Assembly (NCBI GenBank): GCA_016869075.1
Contig: VGEY01000001.1
Span: forward strand, 64,926-128,925
Source: Alphaproteobacteria bacterium
Lineage (GTDB): Bacteria; Pseudomonadota; Alphaproteobacteria; Paracaedibacterales; VGCI01
Direction of reading: 5' to 3'
Length of the DNA: 64,000 nt
In this document: piece by piece, positions 10,067-18,762 of the stretch
Numbering within the stretch: the stretch's first letter is position 1
How the letters are laid out: every line of letters starts with the position of its first letter
Notes under the pieces: generated by a model
What the model was told of the DNA's origin: nothing
The model's database searches: none
The model's input: only the letters and a program-made list of their open reading frames with translations
Translations under genes and position numbers: made by a program

Positions 10067-12313
10067 ATGAAAAGAAATACATACCTTACGCACGATACTT
10101 TACGCAAAAGCATTTTAGAACTTTTGGCAAGTAGCGAATCACCTCTTACAAAAAATCAAATTGCACGCCATTTAGGCATTCGAGGAGATAATCGCATCAT
10201 TTTAAAACAAGTTTTAGCTCAATTAGAGACTGAGGGTAATCTCGAACGTGGTTCACGCCGCAGGCTCATTCCTGCAACTCTTTCCTTTGCTGCAGGCCAT
10301 GTCTTAGTTGTTGAGATTATTGAAATAGGCGAAGATGCGCAATTAATTGCCATTCCTCTCGATTGGACTGCCGAGACACCTGCACCGAAAATTGAGCTAT
10401 TACCGTCTCGTCGAACACATACAAAACATAGTCTCTTAGGAGTTGGCGCTCACGTCCTCGTTCGCCTTCAAACCCACACAAAAGATCTTTGGCATGGTGA
10501 AGTTCTCAAGAAGTTAGAGAAAAAAGCAAAGACCCACTTAGGTATCTTTACACACTCCCGTGATGGAGGAGGCCGCCTATCACCTTGCCATCGCAAAGAT
10601 ACATTTCCTGGTGTCAAACTTTTACCTGCTGAAGCAAAAGGCCTTCTAGAAGGAGATATTGTTGCGTACTCTGTTTCCACAGCTTATGGACCCAAGATTC
10701 ATAATAAAATAGGCCGCATTGATAACCCAAAAAGTTTCAGTCAAATTGCAATATATGCACACCACATTCCTCATACTTTTTCTAAGGAAGCTATCCTTTT
10801 AAGTGAACAAGGAAAAGTTCCTTCTTTGGGACAACGTACTGATTTTACAAAAATTCCTCTTGTTACGATTGATGGTGAGGATGCACGAGACTTTGATGAT
10901 GCCGTTTGGGCATGCGCTGACAATGATCCACGTAACAAGGGGGGTTGGCGTATTCTTGTCGCAATAGCCGATGTTGCTTATTATGTCCGCCCGGGAGATG
11001 CATTGGATCATGCAGCAAAAGAAAGAGGAAACTCTGTTTATTTCCCCGACTGCGTTGTCCCCATGCTGCCCGAGGCTTTATCAAATGATTTATGTTCTCT
11101 TAAACCGAATGTGAACCGCGCCTGTATGGCCATTGAAATGATTGTTTCATCTGAAGGAAAAGTAAAATCGCACCATGTCAAACGTGGCCTCATGTGTTCG
11201 AGAGCACGATTAACCTATGCTCAAGTTCAAAAGGCGCTTGATGGTTATGTTGATGAGGTTACCGGTCCTTTACTTGAAACAGTGATCAAACCACTTTATG
11301 GTGCCTATAAATCTCTGGCAAAGGAACGAGCTCGTCGCGGTACTCTTGATATTGAACAACAAGAAAGAAAAGTTATTTTTGGTTCAAATGGTCATATTGA
11401 GCGTATTATTCCTGCTCCTCGCTATGAAAGTCATCGGCTCATTGAAGAATTCATGATTGCAGCAAATGTTGCCGCTGCTCGAACACTCCTTATAAAAAAA
11501 TGGCCATGTCTTTACCGTATTCATGATGCACCAGATGCATTGCGCATTGTAAATCTTCGTCAGATTTTACGCAAAATGAAACTTACTTTCACAAAAGCGA
11601 AAAAACCACATCCCCGACAATTTAATGAAGTTCTGACTAAGACAAAAGGGACCCCTGTTGCCCAAATGATATCTGATCTTGTTTTACGCTCTCAAGCACA
11701 AGCACGCTATAGTCCTTTAAATATCGGACACTTTGGCTTAAACCTAACTCATTACGCCCACTTTACCTCCCCCATCCGGCGTTACTCTGACCTTATTGTC
11801 CATCGTTCTCTCATATCTGCATTACAACTTGGTGATGACGGATTGACTGACAGGTCAGCGCATTTAACTGCACTGGCAGATCATATTTCTGCAACCGAAC
11901 GAACCGCTGCTGTTGCCGAAAGAGAGGTTCAAGATCGATTTATAATTGCCTATCACCTCCCCCACATTGGTAAAGTATTTCCGGCAACAATTGTTGGTGT
12001 AACCAAGAATGGGATCTTTGCCGCCATTTCTGATACCGGAGCGCAAGGTTTCATTCCTCGTCATCTTTTAAGAGGGGATGTTTTTCACTATGATGAAGGT
12101 AATCACAGGCTTCTAGGTCGACGCACTCAAACATCTTATCAACTGGGCAGTCCCATAGAAGTACGTCTCCAATCAGCTGACATATCAACCAACAGTCTTC
12201 TTTTTGAATTAGTAGATAATTTTGAATTTGCAAAACAACCCCATGTTGGGCATAAAAAGAATACATCAAACAAGCAACTAAAAAAATTTAAAAAGTCATG
12301 GCGCAAGAGATGA
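10067..12313 (+). CDS. rnr: ribonuclease R
   Basis: RNB catalytic motifs (IDGEDARDFDDAV, YFPDCVVPMLPE, HFGLNLTHYAHFTSPIRRYSDLIVHR), a C-terminal S1-like domain and a Lys-rich tail. Confidence 0.9.
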   Translation: MKRNTYLTHDTLRKSILELLASSESPLTKNQIARHLGIRGDNRIILKQVLAQLETEGNLERGSRRRLIPATLSFAAGHVLVVEIIEIGEDAQLIAIPLDWTAETPAPKIELLPSRRTHTKHSLLGVGAHVLVRLQTHTKDLWHGEVLKKLEKKAKTHLGIFTHSRDGGGRLSPCHRKDTFPGVKLLPAEAKGLLEGDIVAYSVSTAYGPKIHNKIGRIDNPKSFSQIAIYAHHIPHTFSKEAILLSEQGKVPSLGQRTDFTKIPLVTIDGEDARDFDDAVWACADNDPRNKGGWRILVAIADVAYYVRPGDALDHAAKERGNSVYFPDCVVPMLPEALSNDLCSLKPNVNRACMAIEMIVSSEGKVKSHHVKRGLMCSRARLTYAQVQKALDGYVDEVTGPLLETVIKPLYGAYKSLAKERARRGTLDIEQQERKVIFGSNGHIERIIPAPRYESHRLIEEFMIAANVAAARTLLIKKWPCLYRIHDAPDALRIVNLRQILRKMKLTFTKAKKPHPRQFNEVLTKTKGTPVAQMISDLVLRSQAQARYSPLNIGHFGLNLTHYAHFTSPIRRYSDLIVHRSLISALQLGDDGLTDRSAHLTALADHISATERTAAVAEREVQDRFIIAYHLPHIGKVFPATIVGVTKNGIFAAISDTGAQGFIPRHLLRGDVFHYDEGNHRLLGRRTQTSYQLGSPIEVRLQSADISTNSLLFELVDNFEFAKQPHVGHKKNTSNKQLKKFKKSWRKR

Positions 12314-12969
12314 TTAATCAAAATTTTTTATCCAAAATCTCTTATATTTTTCAAGATCTAAACCTTTTGAAGAGTGCCTTAACACATCCCAGCACAAATC
12401 CTTCTCAAAAAATCAGTGAGTTTGAGCGCCTGGAATTTTTAGGCGATCGTGTTCTTGGGCTTGCCGTTGCTCAAATGATTTATGAAAAGTATCCAATGGA
12501 AAATGAAGGAGATTTGGCTAAACGCTTTGCCGCCCTTGTTTGCCGTGAGGCGTGTTTAGAAGTCGCACAAAAAGTAGAGCTGGGAGAATATTTGACCACC
12601 TCTCTTAAAGACTCATCACCTAATCCTACTATTTGGGCAGATACAGTTGAAGCTCTTATAGGTGCAATTTACTTAGATGGTGGCATGGATGGTGCCATGG
12701 CATTTATCAATACTTATTGGCCAGCTCTTCTTGAAAAAGATATTCGCCCTCCAAAAGATGCTAAAACGTCTCTTCAAGAGCTTGCTCAATCAAAATATGC
12801 TGGTGCTATCCCCGTCTATGAGACTCTAGAGCATTCAGGGCCGGCGCATACTCCTACTTTTATTGTTCGCGTATCGGTTAAAGGGTTAGGCGAAGCAATT
12901 GGAACAGGGGCTTCGAAGCGCCAAGCAGAACAAATGGCAGCGGGTATACTGTTGAATGAGAAAAAATAA
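12298..12969 (+). CDS. rnc: ribonuclease III
   Basis: ERLEFLGDRVLG signature, DTVEALIGAIYLDGG, and a C-terminal dsRBD (GPAHTPTF...GTGASKRQAEQMAA). Confidence 0.93.
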   Translation: MAQEMINQNFLSKISYIFQDLNLLKSALTHPSTNPSQKISEFERLEFLGDRVLGLAVAQMIYEKYPMENEGDLAKRFAALVCREACLEVAQKVELGEYLTTSLKDSSPNPTIWADTVEALIGAIYLDGGMDGAMAFINTYWPALLEKDIRPPKDAKTSLQELAQSKYAGAIPVYETLEHSGPAHTPTFIVRVSVKGLGEAIGTGASKRQAEQMAAGILLNEKK

Positions 12970-13006
12970 GGTGTTACATAAACAGTCTTAGAAATAATTA
13001 GAAACA

Positions 13007-13624
13007 ATGGCAAACAAAGATAACGTTTTTGAAGACTATGAAAAAATTGCAGACTGGTTTGATTCAGTCCGGCTACGGGATCTGGTGCTTGAAAAGCCAT
13101 CACTCGATAGAGCTTTAACTTTGACCAAACAAGGAGGAAAAGTTTTAGATCTCGGATGTGGAATGGGTGAACCCATAGCAAAATATTTTATCTCTAAAGG
13201 TTTTCAAGTAACAGGAGTTGATGGCTCCGCCAGGATGATTGAGAAAGCACGAAAGTATATTCCTGAAGCAAAATTTAATGTTCAAGATATGAGACTTATA
13301 GATTTAAATGATAAATTTGATCTCATTGTTTTATGGCACAGTCTATTTCACCTCCCCTCAGATGATCAAAGAACATTGTTTACATGCCTTGAGAAATATA
13401 TAAATCCAGAAGGTATTTTGTTATTTACCTCTCACCATGAAGCTGGGGAAATATGGAGCAATAACGGTGGTGAGGATTTATATCATGCTTCGCTATCTCT
13501 TGAAGAGTATGAAAAACTCCTTAAATCAAATCATTTTGAGGTGCTTTTTCATAGTGTAAACGACAAAGAGTGTGGAGACACAACTATCTGGATAGCGAAG
13601 TATCGTGGCCAACCAGTTGGATAA
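13007..13624 (+). CDS. class I SAM-dependent methyltransferase
   Basis: Motif I VLDLGCGMGEP, then the acidic loop GVDGS and post-I/II strands (FDLIVLWHSLFHL). Confidence 0.75.
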   Translation: MANKDNVFEDYEKIADWFDSVRLRDLVLEKPSLDRALTLTKQGGKVLDLGCGMGEPIAKYFISKGFQVTGVDGSARMIEKARKYIPEAKFNVQDMRLIDLNDKFDLIVLWHSLFHLPSDDQRTLFTCLEKYINPEGILLFTSHHEAGEIWSNNGGEDLYHASLSLEEYEKLLKSNHFEVLFHSVNDKECGDTTIWIAKYRGQPVG

Positions 13625-13654
13625 GTAAATTTCATTTTAATGATCAATTTATAA

Positions 13655-14377
13655 TTGAGGAATCAGCATTTGGTTACGTCAAAACAACAAAAAATTATTT
13701 TAATAGCCGATCCACAAGTACTATCAATTCCTGCCGTTGAAAATGGTGACCCAATGTTTGATCTATGTGAACAGAAGATTATTGCCTTTGGACCTTCACC
13801 AGAGATTCCAAATAATACGGACTATACTAAAATGCGCAAAACCGTATATGAGAAGCTTTTGCAAGCACAGTCATTGCTCCCCCAGGGGTTGCGGTTATGT
13901 TTATATGAAGGATATAGAAGTTTAACTCTGCAAAATATGTTATTTACCAATCGATATAATCAAATAAAAGCACATTGTCCAAATTGGTCTGAACAACAAG
14001 TTTTTGAGGAAACAACAAAGCTTGTTTCTCCAGTCATTAATATTGATGGTACAAAAAATATTCCACCCCATTCCACAGGCGGCGCTATTGATGTTTATCT
14101 CATTAACGACCAAGGTGAGCCGGTAGAAATGGGAATTCATCCCAGCCGCTGGACAGAAGATATGGACGGCTCTCTTTCTCTTACATTTTCTGAAAAAATT
14201 TCTAATGAGGCAAAACACAACAGAAGTATTATGAACAACGTTTTAGAATCAGTGGAATTTGTGAACTACCCAACCGAATATTGGCATTGGTCTTATGGCG
14301 ATCGTTATTGGGCCTATCACATTGGGCATCCTCATGCTATTTATGAATCTCAAGAAAATGAAGGATGTAGTAACTAA
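13655..14377 (+). CDS. M15-family D-alanyl-D-alanine dipeptidase-like protein (VanX/DdpX superfamily)
   Basis: Zn-ligand motifs PPHSTGGAIDV and EYWHWSYG. Uses a TTG start. Its stop overlaps the era start. Confidence 0.7.
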   Translation: MRNQHLVTSKQQKIILIADPQVLSIPAVENGDPMFDLCEQKIIAFGPSPEIPNNTDYTKMRKTVYEKLLQAQSLLPQGLRLCLYEGYRSLTLQNMLFTNRYNQIKAHCPNWSEQQVFEETTKLVSPVINIDGTKNIPPHSTGGAIDVYLINDQGEPVEMGIHPSRWTEDMDGSLSLTFSEKISNEAKHNRSIMNNVLESVEFVNYPTEYWHWSYGDRYWAYHIGHPHAIYESQENEGCSN

Positions 14378-15264
14378 TGCAAACACGCTGTGGCTTTATT
14401 GTTATTTTAGGAGAACCCAACGCAGGCAAGTCAACCCTCGTTAACCAACTGGTTGGGAGTAAAGTGAGCATTGTTTCGCCAAAAGTACAAACAACACGTC
14501 AGCGTATTTTAGGAATAACCATTCGTGGTGAAAGCCAACTTATTCTAGTTGACACTCCAGGTATTTTTGCACCTCAAAAGCAATTAGAGCGCGCCATGGT
14601 TCAAGCAGCTTGGGAATCATGTAAAGACGCTGATGTTATTTCTTTGGTGGTAGATGTCACACAAAAATCCTTTGAGAGCAGTTTTAAAATTTTAGAGAAG
14701 CTTCAGTCACGCCCTGTCACCCTCATATTAAATAAAATTGACCGCGTAAAGCATGGGGCCCTCCTCACGATTGCTGCTCAATTTCAATCCTTTTCGAATA
14801 TCACTCGCACATTTATGATCTCGGCGCTGAGCGGTGATGGAATTGAAGATCTGGCGACTTATTTTGCGCAAGAAGTCCAACAAGGACCTTGGTTATATCC
14901 AGAAGATCAACTCACTAACATGCCTCAAAAATTATGGGCAGCGGAAATTACTCGCGAACAATTATTTCATCAACTTCATCAAGAATTGCCTTACAATATT
15001 CTCGTTGAAACAGAGGCGTGGGAAGAATTTGAAAATGGAACAGTAAAAATTAACCAGGTTATCTATGTCGCAAGAGAAGGTCAAAAACCTATCGTTTTGG
15101 GCAAGCGTGGACACCAAATTAAATCCATCAGCAGCGCTGCCAGAGAAGAAATGTCAATTTTACTTAATCGAACCGTACATCTTTTCTTACACGTTAAAAT
15201 TGCTGAAGATTGGCCTAATAAACCAGCTATGTATAGATTGATGGGATTGGACTTCCCTACCTAA
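14377..15264 (+). CDS. era: GTPase Era
   Basis: G1 GEPNAGKST, G3 DTPG, G4 NKID, and a C-terminal KH domain. Confidence 0.95.
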   Translation: MQTRCGFIVILGEPNAGKSTLVNQLVGSKVSIVSPKVQTTRQRILGITIRGESQLILVDTPGIFAPQKQLERAMVQAAWESCKDADVISLVVDVTQKSFESSFKILEKLQSRPVTLILNKIDRVKHGALLTIAAQFQSFSNITRTFMISALSGDGIEDLATYFAQEVQQGPWLYPEDQLTNMPQKLWAAEITREQLFHQLHQELPYNILVETEAWEEFENGTVKINQVIYVAREGQKPIVLGKRGHQIKSISSAAREEMSILLNRTVHLFLHVKIAEDWPNKPAMYRLMGLDFPT

Positions 15265-15355
15265 ATTTATAATGAATGCTCTCTTTTCTTCGTGATTATA
15301 TTTATATCAGAAGATTAAAGTGATTATTGATCTATTAAGTGATATAAAAATACAA

Positions 15356-16057
15356 ATGAAATGGACTGATTGCGGCATTATTTTATCATCTCGACCTTTT
15401 GGAGAAAGGAGTCGCATTCTTTCTATTCTCACACAAAATTACGGTCGCTTTTCTGGACTTATTAAAGTCCCTAAATCCCATTCTCGCTTGAGCATTGAGC
15501 CTGGAACATTTGTGGAAGCAACTTGGAATGCGCGCCTGTCAGAACATCTAGGACAATGGAGTTTAGAGACCACTGCAGCCATGGGGGCAAAGCTTCTTTC
15601 CTCCCCCCTTCCCCTTACAGCTCTCAGCAGTGCCTGCCAGCTCACAGACCAATGCTTGGCTGAGCGCCACCCCTACCCGATTCTTTATGAAGAACTGAAG
15701 CACCTCATTGAAGAGCTTGTTAGTGCTCCCCCAGCTTTACCAACTTATGTAAATTATGAGTTAGCTCTTCTTAAAGAGTTAGGCTTTGGCTTAGATTTAT
15801 CTGCTTGTGCAGCTACAGGACAACGAGAAAATTTAATTTATATTTCTCCTAAAACAGCCCGTGCCGTATGTGAAGAAGCCGGTGAGCCTTATAAATCCCA
15901 ACTCTTACCTTTGCCTGCCTATTGGGTGAAGGAAGAAGCTCTTCCAGACATACGATCCTCCCTCATGGTCACTGGTCATTTTATTGCGCATCATTTGACG
16001 CAAAGTAAAGGACTTCCCCTTATTCGCCAGCGGTTGATTGATATGGTTGGGAAATAA
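15356..16057 (+). CDS. recO: DNA repair protein RecO
   Basis: MKWTDCGIILSSRPFGERS is a typical RecO N-terminus. The track ORF starts earlier (15320), but ATG 15356 matches the family start. Confidence 0.88.
   Translation: MKWTDCGIILSSRPFGERSRILSILTQNYGRFSGLIKVPKSHSRLSIEPGTFVEATWNARLSEHLGQWSLETTAAMGAKLLSSPLPLTALSSACQLTDQCLAERHPYPILYEELKHLIEELVSAPPALPTYVNYELALLKELGFGLDLSACAATGQRENLIYISPKTARAVCEEAGEPYKSQLLPLPAYWVKEEALPDIRSSLMVTGHFIAHHLTQSKGLPLIRQRLIDMVGK
15948..16056 (+). repeat. direct repeat copy 1 (the genuine recO 3' end)
   Basis: 109 bp identical to 18590-18698 except for one mismatch (15955 a vs 18597 g). The offset is 2642 bp. Confidence 0.9.
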
Positions 16058-16127
16058 ATTTTTTAAGTTAATTCCATAAAACTTACATATGCTCATATAA
16101 TTTCTTTTTTGTTAGAAGTATTTTTTG

Positions 16128-16250
16128 ATGAAGAGACTTATTTATTTATGTATAGTTTCATTCCTTTGCTTCAACGCTATGGTTTTAGCAAGTAAATTTA
16201 ATGAAAATGAAACTTGGAAGGACATATATAGCCAAACCTATATAATTTGA
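16128..16250 (+). pseudogene. 5' fragment of a paralog of the 683-aa exported protein, truncated at an IS end
   Basis: Encodes MKRLIYLCIVSFLCFNAMVLASKFNENETWKDIY... This matches the leader plus FNENETWNEIY of ORF 18763. Homology stops where the 44-bp IS-end repeat begins, and a stop follows at 16248-16250. Confidence 0.55.
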
Positions 16251-16269
16251 GTATAATTGTAGCAATAGA
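16226..16269 (+). repeat. solo copy of the IS630-family element left end
   Basis: The 44 bp atatagccaaacctatataatttgagtataattgtagcaataga are identical to 17966-18009, which directly precedes the transposase reading frame. Confidence 0.75.
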
Positions 16270-16404
16270 TACACTCTTTTCCTGCTACAGGATATATGAT
16301 CATTTTATATAGGTCTGGATATATCTGAATTTACTTTACAATGTTGTCTTAACGAGATATACGTTCTCAGTTATACGAAAATACAATTATAATGGAATAT
16401 AATC

Positions 16405-17850
16405 ATGATAAATCACTTTATTAAGGTGATCATTTTGAGTCTATGGCTAATTCTAGAACCATCAGCTCACGATTTGAAACAAACTCATCAAGAAACATCT
16501 CCTCTTTTACCTAAGCACCCTATTCAGTCTCTGACACATAAATCAGTGCAACATGATTTGTTTTTAGATGATATGATTCTTTCTTTTAATGCTGAAAATG
16601 CTTTAAAAATAGAAAATTCAAAATCTTATGGTGATTGTAAATATTTAAAGCCTGTTCTCATTGGAGTTCCTGAGTACTCTCATTCAGCCACCTATTTCTA
16701 TGAAATAGGCTGCCCCTGGGATCGTTTTCCAGACTATAATGAAGATAAAAATAATCGTTCTTTACAGCCCACCTCACCCCGCTATGTTCCTACACTCGGG
16801 TTTTTGAATATACCCCCTGGGGATGGGCCTTTCCCATGCGTAATTTTATGTCACGGAAGTGAGGGAAATGCTTATATGCCGGATTACGTAACGGCTTTAG
16901 AAAAAGAAGGTATAGCGAGCTTATCGATTGAGCGATTTAGGCATTATTTATCCCCCAATGAAAGTGGACTATCAGTTCCAGTTATGAGTACTTCTAAAAA
17001 TCAGTTATTGGTTCCCTTAGAAGGAGAAACCATCCACACGATATTTGCTGCGAAAGTGATGACGACACACCCTAAAATTAACAGCACAGAGATCGGCTTT
17101 TGGAGTTTTTCACGGGGAGTGAATCCTGCTCTATCAGCTTGTATGACCCGGTATTTGAGCCGCATTGCTCCTGATTTTCATCCTGCTTTCTGTATTGGCT
17201 ATTATGGAATGCCTTTAGTTCACTGGCGAGATCCATTGGCAATACCGACTCTTTTCATACACGGTGCAAATGATGATTATACTCCGGTAACTAACCTTTT
17301 AGATTATATAAAACATCGTTATGATCTACGTTTCAACTTACCATCGGTAGTAACCCAGAAAGTTGTGTATACTTCAAGGAAGGAATTGTTAAAAGCCATT
17401 ATCTATCCTAACTCAGGCCATGCTTTTGATTATTACCCTCAACTATCAAGCATGCAAATGTTATCCTATTTATTCAGTAATCCCAGAAGTTTCTTTAGGT
17501 CCGTACTCAATAACCCCAGAGAAGTTTTTAACACCATATACACTAACATTCGATTTGCGTGGTATAACTTCATCGGTGGGTCTTTGAAAATCAAACATCC
17601 GGGGGTAATGAAAATGAGCTCTTGCTGCGTATGCCCAACCCCTGACGAAAGGAATTTCCTTGACGCAGATTCCGAGACACATCCTTGGACTGAATACCCT
17701 AATTACATAAAAAGTCGAGTCCAAATATCTGAGATAACATTGGAGTATAATCCTGTAGCAGCTAGAGACGCAAGGAAGGAAGCAATTTCTTTTATTAAGG
17801 CACACACCCTTTTTGGAAGAGGAGAAACGGAGAATTCTAAAGATAAATAA
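16405..17850 (+). CDS. exported alpha/beta hydrolase (dienelactone-hydrolase-like)
   Basis: Hydrophobic leader. PFPCVILCHGSEG, nucleophile-elbow-like GFWSFSRG, LFIHGANDDYTP and SGHAFD occur in the order expected for a Ser-Asp-His hydrolase. Confidence 0.55.
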   Translation: MINHFIKVIILSLWLILEPSAHDLKQTHQETSPLLPKHPIQSLTHKSVQHDLFLDDMILSFNAENALKIENSKSYGDCKYLKPVLIGVPEYSHSATYFYEIGCPWDRFPDYNEDKNNRSLQPTSPRYVPTLGFLNIPPGDGPFPCVILCHGSEGNAYMPDYVTALEKEGIASLSIERFRHYLSPNESGLSVPVMSTSKNQLLVPLEGETIHTIFAAKVMTTHPKINSTEIGFWSFSRGVNPALSACMTRYLSRIAPDFHPAFCIGYYGMPLVHWRDPLAIPTLFIHGANDDYTPVTNLLDYIKHRYDLRFNLPSVVTQKVVYTSRKELLKAIIYPNSGHAFDYYPQLSSMQMLSYLFSNPRSFFRSVLNNPREVFNTIYTNIRFAWYNFIGGSLKIKHPGVMKMSSCCVCPTPDERNFLDADSETHPWTEYPNYIKSRVQISEITLEYNPVAARDARKEAISFIKAHTLFGRGETENSKDK

Positions 17851-17965
17851 GGTAGAGATTCTATAAACTGCATCGTCAAGTTAACTTTGGCATATGAGAG
17901 ACGTCCGTGATAATTTTTGGAAACAAGCATGAAACTATCCGACTCTGGAACTTTAAGCTTGGTAA

Positions 17966-18590
17966 ATATAGCCAAACCTATATAATTTGAGTATAATTGT
18001 AGCAATAGAAACAATAATGAAGTCTACAATGACGTATTCACATGATTTTCGAAAAAAGGTTTTGTTCATAAAAGAGAAGGAATGTCTTAGCTTTGCCAAC
18101 ATTGCCAAGAGATTTGATATTGGGATTGCTACTGTTGTGCGATGGACAAAAAATATTGACGCAAAAACCTCACGCAATAAGTTAGCAACCAAAATTAACA
18201 TGGATGCACTAATGAAGGATGTTCAAGCTTATCCGGATGCCTATCAATACGAACGAGCACAACGCTTAAACGTTAGTAAAACGGGGATTGGATATGCCCT
18301 TAAACGTTTAGGTGTTACTTATAAAAAAAACCTTAAATCACCCACGAGCAAATTCCGTAAAACGATCTGTATTCTACCAAACTCTAGCTGAGTTTGAAAA
18401 AAAGATCGTTTACCAGCCTTTGTTGATGAGAGCTGATTTGAATATGATATGCCTCGTACTCAAGGTTATTCAAAGAAAGGTTCACGTTGCTTTGAAACTC
18501 ATGATAGGACGCAAAGAAGCGAACTAATGCCATTGGAGCGTTGCTTGGAAGTTTTGTTGACGATTGGCTTAAGTAAGAAGCATTGCTTAA
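17966..18590 (+). mobile_element. IS630/Tc1-mariner-family insertion sequence remnant, degenerate and 3'-truncated
   Basis: N-terminal HTH transposase region MTYSHDFRKKVLFIKEKECLSFANIAKRFDIGIATVVRW. The DDE start reads V-D-E-S-*-FEYDMPRTQGYSKKGSRCF. The reading frame changes at least twice, once after the A8 run at 18323-18330. The element ends abruptly at the recO-3' repeat. Confidence 0.75.
17987..18590 (+). pseudogene. IS630-family transposase pseudogene
   Basis: The coding information is spread over three frames (ORFs 17987..18391, 18312..18527, 18449..18640). There is an in-frame TGA at 18434-18436 inside the DESG motif. Roughly the last third of a normal ~340-aa transposase is missing. 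Confidence 0.75.
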
Positions 18591-18698
18591 CATACGGTCC
18601 TCCCTCATGGTCACTGGTCATTTTATTGCGCATCATTTGACGCAAAGTAAAGGACTTCCCCTTATTCGCCAGCGGTTGATTGATATGGTTGGGAAATA
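18590..18698 (+). repeat. direct repeat copy 2 (orphan duplicate of the recO 3' end)
   Basis: Matches 15948-16056. It is followed by TAG instead of TAA. It is fused to the truncated IS on its left and is not part of an intact gene. Confidence 0.9.
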
Positions 18699-18762
18699 GT
18701 GCTTGTTAAACGTTCGCTCAGTACCTATATGTACCTTATCTCAAACCAAGTTTTGAATTTAT

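Noticed and set aside
16241-16404. Possible ~165-bp MITE formed by the solo IS end and an inverted tataattgta match at 16382-16391, just before the hydrolase start
   Set aside because: Only 10 bp match perfectly in an AT-rich context and the flanking similarity is weak. It cannot be distinguished from chance without a full-length IS copy for comparison.
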